A DNA stretch of 64,000 nt from an uncultured Porphyromonadaceae bacterium (GTDB taxonomy: Bacteria; Bacteroidota; Bacteroidia; Bacteroidales; UBA12481): positions 239 to 64,238 of the forward strand of contig CAZJNQ010000008.1 of NCBI GenBank assembly GCA_964547475.1, in the 5' to 3' direction. Position numbers and translations under genes: made by a program. The notes beneath the pieces are model-generated. The model was not told where the DNA came from. It worked only from the letters and a program-made list of their open reading frames with translations, and did no database searches. Positions 56,294 through 64,000 of this stretch are shown here, piece after piece. Each line of letters opens with the position of its first letter. The first letter of the stretch is position 1.

Positions 56294-57889
56294 ATGATAT
56301 CATCACGAATGCTTATCCCGGTTTTAACCTTTTTGTTGCTTGCCCCTGATTCTCAATTATTATCACAAGGTCAGCCCGACTGGATCAATGGTTTCCCGGA
56401 TGGATGCACCTCTATCACCGCGGGCAGGTTGGCAACTGCCGACGGTTCGGTCATCACCTCCCATACCGATGACAGCCATCGCACACGTTCTTCCGTTAAC
56501 GTGGTTCCTCCGGCTGATTATGCACGGGGATCCTTTACCGAGGTGTACCGCAGAGTCAGTGACGATACGAAAGCCATGCCTTCCTATGCCTTCGTCAGAA
56601 CAGGTGAGATCCCGCAGGTTTCGCATACATACGGATATATCAACTCAGCCTATCCATGTATGAATGGACATCAGGTGGGTGTGGGGGAATCGACTTTCGG
56701 TGGTCGGCCTGAATTGCGTTCCGAAGCCGGATTGATTGACTGCCAGGGCCTGATCCGGTTGATCCTGGAGCGTTGCAAATCGGTCCATGAAGCCCTGCAA
56801 TTAACCAGGAGTCTTTTGAAACAGTACGGTTGGAATGATTCGGGTGAATGCCTTACCCTGTCAGATAAGAACGAAGTCTGGCACCTGGAGGTTTTAGGAC
56901 CGGGAAAAGGTGAGATCGGAGCAGTCTGGGTTGCCCAGCGGGTCCCGGATGAACACATAGCAGTCAATGCAAATGCAAGTACAATCAAAGAAGTGGATCT
57001 CAAAGACGGGAATCACTTCCAGGCATCTGACAACCTCTTTGAGGTGGCGCTAAAAAACGGCTGGTGGACAGAAGGTGAAATATTCCGCTTCAATTACGTC
57101 TATGCTCCCGAAAGCCGTACCAGCATTGCAGCCAGGAGAAGGGAATGGCGGGTGTTCGATTTACTGGCTCCATCGCTGAAACTGGATCCTTACGCAGAGA
57201 ACTACCCTTTCTCCGTAAAACCCGACAAGCCGGTCACATTAACCGCGCTGATCAAGGTGTTTAAGGATTATTATGAAGGAACCGATTTCAATTTCATCAA
57301 GGACATAACGGTGACCGATGATCAGGGCAAAACGGTTATATCACCGTTAGCCAATCCTTTCATGCCGTATGACATGAACAAGGTTTTCAGGATCAATGGA
57401 GGATGGGGTTCGCTGGGTGAACGGACCATAGCAAGGTGGTATACTATGTATGCGACCATTATTCAATCCAGGAGCTGGCTTCCCGATGAGATCGGAGGAT
57501 TGGTGTGGTTCGCCCTGGACAATGTAGCCACTTCCGTTTATATCCCGATATATTGCAGTGTCAACGATTTACCACAATCTTACAAGGTCGATGGCCGGAT
57601 CACAGGCTTTTCAAACGAATCAGCCTGGTGGGCGTTTAACCGCCTCGGCACCTTGACCGCCCAACGCTGGGGAGACATGCGCAAGGATGTGGAAAATGTA
57701 TGGAATCCGCTTCAGGAAGAAATTTTTACTACAACCAGGGCAAAGGAGCAACAAGTCCTGGGCATCTCCTCAACGGCTGAAAGAAAGTCTGTATTAACCG
57801 AACACTCGATCAACTGGGGCGAAGTGGTGGTTAAGAAAGCCTGGAAACTGGGCGACTTTCTCTGGACAAAATACGATGAGCTTTTTTAA
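56294..57889 (+). CDS. C69-family (Ntn-hydrolase) dipeptidase
   Basis: Signal peptide; nucleophile CTSITAG..ATADGS; MNGHQVGVGEST; WVAQRVPD. Confidence 0.88.
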   Translation: MISSRMLIPVLTFLLLAPDSQLLSQGQPDWINGFPDGCTSITAGRLATADGSVITSHTDDSHRTRSSVNVVPPADYARGSFTEVYRRVSDDTKAMPSYAFVRTGEIPQVSHTYGYINSAYPCMNGHQVGVGESTFGGRPELRSEAGLIDCQGLIRLILERCKSVHEALQLTRSLLKQYGWNDSGECLTLSDKNEVWHLEVLGPGKGEIGAVWVAQRVPDEHIAVNANASTIKEVDLKDGNHFQASDNLFEVALKNGWWTEGEIFRFNYVYAPESRTSIAARRREWRVFDLLAPSLKLDPYAENYPFSVKPDKPVTLTALIKVFKDYYEGTDFNFIKDITVTDDQGKTVISPLANPFMPYDMNKVFRINGGWGSLGERTIARWYTMYATIIQSRSWLPDEIGGLVWFALDNVATSVYIPIYCSVNDLPQSYKVDGRITGFSNESAWWAFNRLGTLTAQRWGDMRKDVENVWNPLQEEIFTTTRAKEQQVLGISSTAERKSVLTEHSINWGEVVVKKAWKLGDFLWTKYDELF

Positions 57890-57900
57890 CTCCGTTACCC

Positions 57901-58932
57901 ATGGCCGGAAAAAAACTAATTCTTGACATAGTAAAGTACATCCTGTTTTTCGGAGCGGGCATCGGGATCTTTATCTGGGTTTACCGGAGGCAGGACATGG
58001 ATTCCATCTGGAAAGGATTGTCGGAGTTCAAATACGGATGGATAATCGCTTCGCTGGGAGTTTCAGTTCTCAGCAACCTTTTAAGATCCATGAGATGGAA
58101 GATGCTGATCGAATCAATCGGTTTCAAGCCCAGATTATCCAACACTTTTCTATCCGTTCTGGTGATGTACCTGGCAAACTATGCCCTTCCGCGTCTGGGT
58201 GAAGTGACCCGGTGCGGAGTTCTTAAAAAATACGAAGGGATACCATTTACTTCCCAGTTAGGAACGGTCCTGATGGAAAGGATTGTGGATGTTATCGCAC
58301 TGTTGGTCATGCTTGCGGCTGTTCTCCTGGTTGACTGGAATACGTTAACGTCCTTTGGGAAACTAGGTCAGGTCGGTTCGGAATCAAACGGATATTCTTT
58401 CCTGAGCTCAACCTGGTTTTTCCTGCTGGTCGGTTTGCTGATTGCCCTGATCGTAGTGGCCTGGCTGACCAGAAGAAGCTGGAGTCAGACTCGCCCGGTC
58501 CTTAAAATACGATCTTTTCTTGGCAAGTTTTTGGAAGGTCTTAAATCCGTCTTAAGACTTAAGAGCCCGTGGTTGTTCATACTGCTTACCATCGGCATAT
58601 ACGGTTCCTATTATTTGATGACCTGGTTCGTAATGCTGGGTTTCGGCCCCACACAGGGATTATCGCCTTTTATCGCACTGGCTGTTCTGGCTTTTGGCAG
58701 TGTCGGGATGGCTTTACCGGTTCAGGGTGGCCTCGGGACCTACCACGCTTTTGTAGTGGCCACTCTTTTGCTTTATGGAATAGCTGAATCTGACGGCATG
58801 TTGCTTGCGTTGGTCCTTCACGGATCCACGACCATTTTCGTTATTTTCATCGGTATATTGGCTCTCGTTTTTTTGCCTTTGGTCAACCGTCAGCATCCTC
58901 CTGGAGTTTCTTTGGTTGACCGGGAAGGTTGA
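57901..58932 (+). CDS. Lysylphosphatidylglycerol-synthase TM-domain (flippase-like) membrane protein
   Basis: RSMRW, YLANYALPRLGEVTR, ERIVD, PVQGGLGTYH; several TM segments. Confidence 0.85.
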   Translation: MAGKKLILDIVKYILFFGAGIGIFIWVYRRQDMDSIWKGLSEFKYGWIIASLGVSVLSNLLRSMRWKMLIESIGFKPRLSNTFLSVLVMYLANYALPRLGEVTRCGVLKKYEGIPFTSQLGTVLMERIVDVIALLVMLAAVLLVDWNTLTSFGKLGQVGSESNGYSFLSSTWFFLLVGLLIALIVVAWLTRRSWSQTRPVLKIRSFLGKFLEGLKSVLRLKSPWLFILLTIGIYGSYYLMTWFVMLGFGPTQGLSPFIALAVLAFGSVGMALPVQGGLGTYHAFVVATLLLYGIAESDGMLLALVLHGSTTIFVIFIGILALVFLPLVNRQHPPGVSLVDREG

Positions 58933-58992
58933 ACCAAATACAAGTTGAATTGTTTACCTTCAATAAACATCTCATTGCGCCGGTTTTAAGAT

Positions 58993-59877
58993 ATGAATCT
59001 TCAGAAATACAGCATCGGGGACCTTGAAAAACTGACAGGCATAAAGGCTCATACCATCCGCATCTGGGAGAAACGTTACGGTATTATAAATCCTGAACGG
59101 ACGAATACCAATATCCGGTACTATTCAGTCAGCGACCTCCAGCGGCTATTGAACATTTCATTTCTCAACCGGCACGGATGGAAGATATCTCGTATCTCCA
59201 GAATGACCGACCCTCAAATCTTTCAGGAAGTTACCAGAATTAGCAATCAACCCGGTGGAAATGAAGGTTTTATACCAGACCTGATTCAAGCAGTGACAGA
59301 CCTCGATGAAGATCGTTTTGAAGGGATTCTCAACAGTTCTATTTTGAAGCTCGGTTTTGAAGATTCTTTTAATCAGGTGGTGTTTCCATTATTGGAAAAG
59401 ATTGGATTAATGTGGCAGATCGGAAAAATCAACGCATGCCAGGAAAGGTTTGTGAATAACCTCATAAGGCACAAGCTGGTTGTTGCGAGTGACGGAATGA
59501 CCGCCCAATCAGCCGGTGCAGGTAACCAATACCTTCTTTTCCTGCCGGCAGGCCATTATGACGAGACTATGCTTTTATACGCCAATTACCTTCTCAGGAA
59601 ACATGGAATGCAAATTCTCTACCTCGGACCCTCCATACCCTTGGATCATCTTAAAACACTCAATAACAAGGAACTTATCAGCCATTTGGTCATTGCCTTG
59701 AACAAGCCTTTCACCGACAAGGAATCCGAAGCCTATTTCAACCAGGTCCGGCAGATGTTCCCAGGAAGCCTGATTGCAGTAATCACGCTGTTTGTTAATG
59801 AACCGGATATTTCCCGCGAAAAGATCATCTTTATCCATTCGGCCGGATCATTAATCCACCAACTCCTCCCTTCCTGA
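58993..59877 (+). CDS. MerR-family regulator with CarH/LitR-like domain layout
   Basis: YSIGDLEKLTGIKAHTIRIWEKRYG...R.Y HTH, four-helix cap and Rossmann B12-type domain (YLGPSIP). Confidence 0.9.
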   Translation: MNLQKYSIGDLEKLTGIKAHTIRIWEKRYGIINPERTNTNIRYYSVSDLQRLLNISFLNRHGWKISRISRMTDPQIFQEVTRISNQPGGNEGFIPDLIQAVTDLDEDRFEGILNSSILKLGFEDSFNQVVFPLLEKIGLMWQIGKINACQERFVNNLIRHKLVVASDGMTAQSAGAGNQYLLFLPAGHYDETMLLYANYLLRKHGMQILYLGPSIPLDHLKTLNNKELISHLVIALNKPFTDKESEAYFNQVRQMFPGSLIAVITLFVNEPDISREKIIFIHSAGSLIHQLLPS

Positions 59878-60040
59878 TTTCTGGCCTTATCATTGCCCTC
59901 AACCGGCCAGACTGTTGCTCTATTTAGAGAAAATTTATTTTCCTGGCTGCAAATATCAGGCTGTCATTCATTTACCAAATAATCTTATTTAGATCGACTT
60001 TAGAAATGTGTTAATATTATCAATTCATAATTAAACAAAA

Positions 60041-60072
60041 TTTGCACATAATTCAATCATTGTTTACATTTG
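60041..60072 (+). promoter_or_regulatory. sigma-A promoter of the ECF sigma gene, overlapped by a TTAAACAAA/TTTGTTTAA inverted repeat
   Basis: TTTG at 60041-60044, 20 nt, TACATTTG at 60065-60072; IR arms at 60031-60039 and 60069-60077. Confidence 0.65.
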
Positions 60073-60111
60073 TTTAAGAAATAAATGATAAAAATAAAAC
60101 AATATTAGATT

Positions 60112-60615
60112 ATGACAGCTATCGAGTTTAATCATCAGCTGATCGGGATGCAATCCCGACTGGGTTTCTTTGCCAAAAGTCTTGCTTCAGACCCGGAAGA
60201 TGCCAAGGATTTACTGCAGGATACTATCTATAAAGCGCTCACTAACCAGGATAAGTTTCAGGGAGACCGCAATCTGAAAGCCTGGGTCTTCACGATTATG
60301 AAGAATACATTTATCAATAACTATCGCCGAAACATCCGCTCCAACACAATGATCGATACCACCGACAATTCCTATTTTCTGGACCAGAGTGCGGATTCGG
60401 TATTCCATTCTCCTGAAACGATCCACAATGAGAAGGAGATCAGAAAGGCCATCAGTGAATTGCCCGAAGATTATAGGATGCCATTTGAAATGCATACCAG
60501 GGGTTACAAATACAAGGAGATTGCTGAGTACCTGGATCAACCGCTTGGATCGGTTAAAAGTCGGATTTTTTTTGCCAGGAAAAGGTTGATGGAAAAGTTG
60601 AAAGATTACCGTTAG
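60112..60615 (+). CDS. ECF-type RNA polymerase sigma factor
   Basis: Region 2 DAKDLLQDT...LKAWVFTIMKN; region 4 GYKYKEIAE...GSVKSRIFFARK. Confidence 0.93.
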   Translation: MTAIEFNHQLIGMQSRLGFFAKSLASDPEDAKDLLQDTIYKALTNQDKFQGDRNLKAWVFTIMKNTFINNYRRNIRSNTMIDTTDNSYFLDQSADSVFHSPETIHNEKEIRKAISELPEDYRMPFEMHTRGYKYKEIAEYLDQPLGSVKSRIFFARKRLMEKLKDYR

Positions 60616-60708
60616 AACCTAAACTGTATCATCAGGCAATAATTTTGTTTACTTTTAAACTTCGTTCTTCTATCAAAGTCTAATTTACAAATAAGCTAAA
60701 AAAAAAGT

Positions 60709-61152
60709 ATGAAACGTAATTTTCTGTTATCGCTGATGGTCGGCCTCTTTCTGACAGGCGGCCTGATGGCTCAGGATCCTCCGACCGGACCTCCGCAGAA
60801 TCGTAATCCCCAGGATTTCCAGCAAAGGAGGCAACAAATGCTGGATGATCTCAAGAAAGAACTGAATCTCAACAAGGATCAAGCTGCCAAGTTTGATGCC
60901 ATCTACAAGGAATCTAACGAAAAAATGATGGCCATGCGGCAGCAGAATGCCCAGGGAGATCGCGAAGCGATGAGGGCTAAAATGCAGGAGATAAATAAGG
61001 AGCGCGATACGAAGGTTGAAAAGCTTTTGACTCCTGAACAACTGAAAAAGTGGAAAGAGTATCAAGCCAAGCAAGAAGCCCTGAGACAGCAGCGCGGCCA
61101 GGGTGGTCCCGGTGGCCCTCCCGGCGGTGAGCGTGGAATCGAAAGATACTGA
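60709..61152 (+). CDS. Periplasmic helical protein (DUF4890 / Spy-CpxP-like)
   Basis: Signal peptide; LKKELNLNKDQ and LLTPEQ (LTxxQ) motifs; G/P-rich ends. Confidence 0.75.
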   Translation: MKRNFLLSLMVGLFLTGGLMAQDPPTGPPQNRNPQDFQQRRQQMLDDLKKELNLNKDQAAKFDAIYKESNEKMMAMRQQNAQGDREAMRAKMQEINKERDTKVEKLLTPEQLKKWKEYQAKQEALRQQRGQGGPGGPPGGERGIERY

Positions 61153-61165
61153 TGTTGATCTGAGA

Positions 61166-63757
61166 TTATCGGATATTCAAATCCGAGCTTATAACCATTC
61201 CCTGTCCCTGGATAGTTACCTTGTAACGACCGGGGGCGGGGAATTTGTTTTTGGTGATTGGGTATGGCCCGTGATCTTTGACACTTGCCAGCAACAAATC
61301 CCACCTCCACACATTGATCCCCGGATCCGCTGCCAGGCGTTGGGAGTATACCTGCTTGCCCGTATGATCTGTCAAGGTGACCAGCATGGATCCGGCTACC
61401 GGCTGGTACCAGTAAACCTCAGCCGGGGCATGGCGTTCCCAATCAAAATCCCCCGGAAAGTCTTTTTGAGCCGGAAGGGCTCCATCCTTCACAGCTAGCA
61501 AACCCGGTTCATCCGGACTGATCGATTTAAAGTATTTTCTTATCGGACTGGCATAAAGGATAAACAGGCTCCTGCCGTGGGTAACCGCAACCAGATACTG
61601 ATTTTCCATGGCCCACGAAAGCTTTTGGACACTGACGGTCGGCAGAGTTGAACCGATCGAACCCCATGTTTTGCCCAGGTCTCCCGAATAATACACTCCT
61701 CTGTCGGAGGCGACATAAACCAGATTCTCCAGGTAGGGATCTTCCAGCACAGCGTTTATCCTCTCGATCGGCAATCCGTTTGAAATGCTTGTCCAGGTCA
61801 CACCTTTGTTAGCGGATAGATAAAGGAAAGGCGTATAGTCATCCTCATCAAGCGCCTTCATTGCGATGATAACCCGGCTTTCCTCATGGCACGAGGGAGT
61901 GATGCAGCCGACAGTCTGAACCGGAAGACCTTTGCTGATATCGATCCAATTGATTCCGTCATCCCTCGATACCCATACGGCTCCTTTTTCCGATCCGGCA
62001 AAAAGTAATCCCTGCCTGAAGGGTGATTCTGCCAGAGCGGTAAGCGAACGACTTTTTCGCAGGGCATCTTCAGGATAACACAGGTCATAGCTCAAACGGT
62101 ACCAGTTATCACCACGGTCGATGCTCTTGAATATTTTATTGGCTCCGTAATACAGTGTCGAGGGCGAGTACCTGGAAAGAAACCAGGGGGTCAGTAAGCT
62201 GGTCCGAAGTGGGGATTCCGTCTGTTCGGAAACAGGTTGGATGAATGTAGTTTCACCTGTGACTAAGTTTTTCCGGTTCAAATAACCATTCTGGGATGAA
62301 TAATAAACACTCTGGGGATCGGTCGGGTCTGGCATTGCAGTAAAGCCATCACCCGCCGACCAGGGATCGAGCCAGATATAATCCCACAGGTTTGAATTTG
62401 CTTTTGCGTTATGGATTGCAAGAGGGCCCATAACACCTGCATTATCCTTGGTTCCCCCGTATACCCAAGGAATTTGGGTGCGGTCGTCGACATAAATATC
62501 ATGAAACTCAGCAGCGGGGATCGTATTGCAATGAAGCCATGAAGCTCCGCCGTTATGGCTCAGATAAATACCTCCTGCAGTTCCTAAAATTATCCTTCCG
62601 GGATTCTCCGGATCAATAAACAGGTCGAAATGATCAGGATGGAGATAAACACCCCGGTTTGGTTCCAGATGACGGATGGTCCCCTCCAGGCAGCGGAATG
62701 TTTCCCCGCCATCGGTTGAACAAACGGTTTGTATTCCCTGAACATAGATCAACTGGCAATCCATGGGAGATACCCGGATATCGCCGAAAGCCCACCCTGA
62801 GGCGGAATAAATATCCAAAGGCATTTTATGGGTTCGTTTCCAGGTGATACCGGAATCATCAGAACGGTAAACTTCTGCACCGGCCATTTCTTCTCCTGCA
62901 GCTTGCCGGAGAATGTTCCGGTTGTCAAGGACGGCGTAGACCGTCCTGGGGTTTGAGGGGCTGACGGCCACACCGATACGGCCAATGCCAGGATTGGAAG
63001 GCAAGCCATTTGAACAGGTTTGCCAGGTCTCGCCCAGATCTTCTGAACGGTACAATTTGGATCCGTTACCATTCAAGATTGCCCATGCAGCCGCATATAG
63101 GATTTTATTGACCGGATCCCATGCAACATCAACCACCCCGATTTGATCCGAAAGGAATAATTTCCTTTGCCAGGTTTTCCCTCCATCCCTGCTGAGAAAC
63201 AAGCCTCTTTCCTGATTGCCTGACCACATGTGCCCGATAGCAGCAACAAAAACAAGATCAGCGTCATTCGGATCGGCCACGATCCTGCCGATGTGATGAG
63301 AATCCGAAAGTCCCAGATGCTGCCAATCCTTCCCTCCATTCAGTGATTTATAAACACCCGACCCGGGATAACAATAACCTTGAGTAGCCCGCAGGTTTTC
63401 ACCGGTCCCCAAGTAGATAATCTCGGGATCGGAAACTGAAACTTCAAGCGCACCGATACTTCCGGATGCTTCATTTTCAAAAATGCAATGCCAGTTAAGG
63501 CCCTCGTCCGTGCTTTTCCACAATCCCCCGGAACCCAGGCCGGCATAGATAATTCCCGGCTGGTCGACGGGACAGTCGATGACTTCCACCCTCCCGCCCT
63601 GGAAAGAAGGTCCCACGGATATCCATTGCAGTTTTCTGAACACGGATTCCTCTTCCATCTTTTTAACCTGTCCGAAGGATTCAAAAGGGTTCTGCGCGTC
63701 CAGTGTGAAAGCGGTCATGAAAAAACAAAACAGGAACAAAGTTTTTTTTCCGGACAT
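61166..63757 (-). CDS. Secreted BNR/Asp-box beta-propeller protein (VPS10/glycosyl-hydrolase-like)
   Basis: Many S.D.G..W Asp-boxes (STDEGLNW, SRDGGKTW, SDDSGITW, SIDRGDNW); THGRS; C-terminal Ig-like domain. Confidence 0.85.
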   Translation of the reverse strand: MSGKKTLFLFCFFMTAFTLDAQNPFESFGQVKKMEEESVFRKLQWISVGPSFQGGRVEVIDCPVDQPGIIYAGLGSGGLWKSTDEGLNWHCIFENEASGSIGALEVSVSDPEIIYLGTGENLRATQGYCYPGSGVYKSLNGGKDWQHLGLSDSHHIGRIVADPNDADLVFVAAIGHMWSGNQERGLFLSRDGGKTWQRKLFLSDQIGVVDVAWDPVNKILYAAAWAILNGNGSKLYRSEDLGETWQTCSNGLPSNPGIGRIGVAVSPSNPRTVYAVLDNRNILRQAAGEEMAGAEVYRSDDSGITWKRTHKMPLDIYSASGWAFGDIRVSPMDCQLIYVQGIQTVCSTDGGETFRCLEGTIRHLEPNRGVYLHPDHFDLFIDPENPGRIILGTAGGIYLSHNGGASWLHCNTIPAAEFHDIYVDDRTQIPWVYGGTKDNAGVMGPLAIHNAKANSNLWDYIWLDPWSAGDGFTAMPDPTDPQSVYYSSQNGYLNRKNLVTGETTFIQPVSEQTESPLRTSLLTPWFLSRYSPSTLYYGANKIFKSIDRGDNWYRLSYDLCYPEDALRKSRSLTALAESPFRQGLLFAGSEKGAVWVSRDDGINWIDISKGLPVQTVGCITPSCHEESRVIIAMKALDEDDYTPFLYLSANKGVTWTSISNGLPIERINAVLEDPYLENLVYVASDRGVYYSGDLGKTWGSIGSTLPTVSVQKLSWAMENQYLVAVTHGRSLFILYASPIRKYFKSISPDEPGLLAVKDGALPAQKDFPGDFDWERHAPAEVYWYQPVAGSMLVTLTDHTGKQVYSQRLAADPGINVWRWDLLLASVKDHGPYPITKNKFPAPGRYKVTIQGQGMVISSDLNIR

Positions 63758-63766
63758 GGATGCTGA

Positions 63767-64000
63767 TTATTGTCTGATTGCTTCTACTTCCCTGATTGTT
63801 TTGGGCTTGGGCTTGCCCAAGATCCGGTATCCATCCGTCGTGATCAGAATGTTTTCCTCGTTTCTGATACCGCTGAAATTCTTGTAGGTTTCAACCTTGT
63901 CAAAATTAATGAACCGCTGGTTCCTGCCCTCTTTTCTCCAAAGGTCGATCAGCTCCGGAATGAAATAGATCCCAGGTTCGATCGTCGCTACAAATCCGGG
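63767..64000 (-). CDS. Aminopeptidase P (M24) family, C-terminal part only
   Basis: Manual translation PGFVATIEPGIYFIPELID...FSGIRNEENILIT...EVEAIRQ*; the start lies beyond the window. Confidence 0.88.
   Translation of the reverse strand, partial: PGFVATIEPGIYFIPELIDLWRKEGRNQRFINFDKVETYKNFSGIRNEENILITTDGYRILGKPKPKTIREVEAIRQ

Noticed and set aside
59878-60111. Cobalamin riboswitch or sRNA between merR and the sigma gene
   Set aside because: AT-rich with no B12 box or stable multi-stem structure; promoter/operator elements explain it.

Overview
Gene-dense, mostly housekeeping chromosomal window from a member of the Bacteroidota, most likely an anaerobic Bacteroidales-type organism. This is inferred from many TAnnTTTG -7 promoter boxes, T9SS-type C-terminal domains, a Na+-pumping methylmalonyl-CoA decarboxylase and IorAB. 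Recognisable content: ribH (partial), recF-DUF721, ndk, nrnA, two FKBP PPIases, an RsmI-like methyltransferase, tRNA-Arg(UCU), queE, a PorE-like protein, the mce-mmdA/D/C/B operon, a 2[4Fe-4S] ferredoxin, a glycogen locus with a fused GT3 synthase/GT35 phosphorylase, pepD, OmpA, rocD, iorAB, a C69 peptidase, a CarH-like MerR regulator next to an ECF sigma factor, a BNR-repeat protein and a partial aminopeptidase P. The best candidate for an undescribed system is 6568-16176: membrane-anchored unknown protein, secreted CotH-like kinase, stand-alone Hpt, single-domain receiver, TPR + YaiO-type beta-barrel, SPOR-like/TM/HEAT-repeat protein and a processive GT2 synthase. It looks like a synthase-dependent exopolysaccharide machine controlled by a phosphorelay instead of c-di-GMP. 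I saw no transposase, integrase, prophage gene, rRNA or CRISPR array. All family calls come from reading motifs by eye; no database searches were run.
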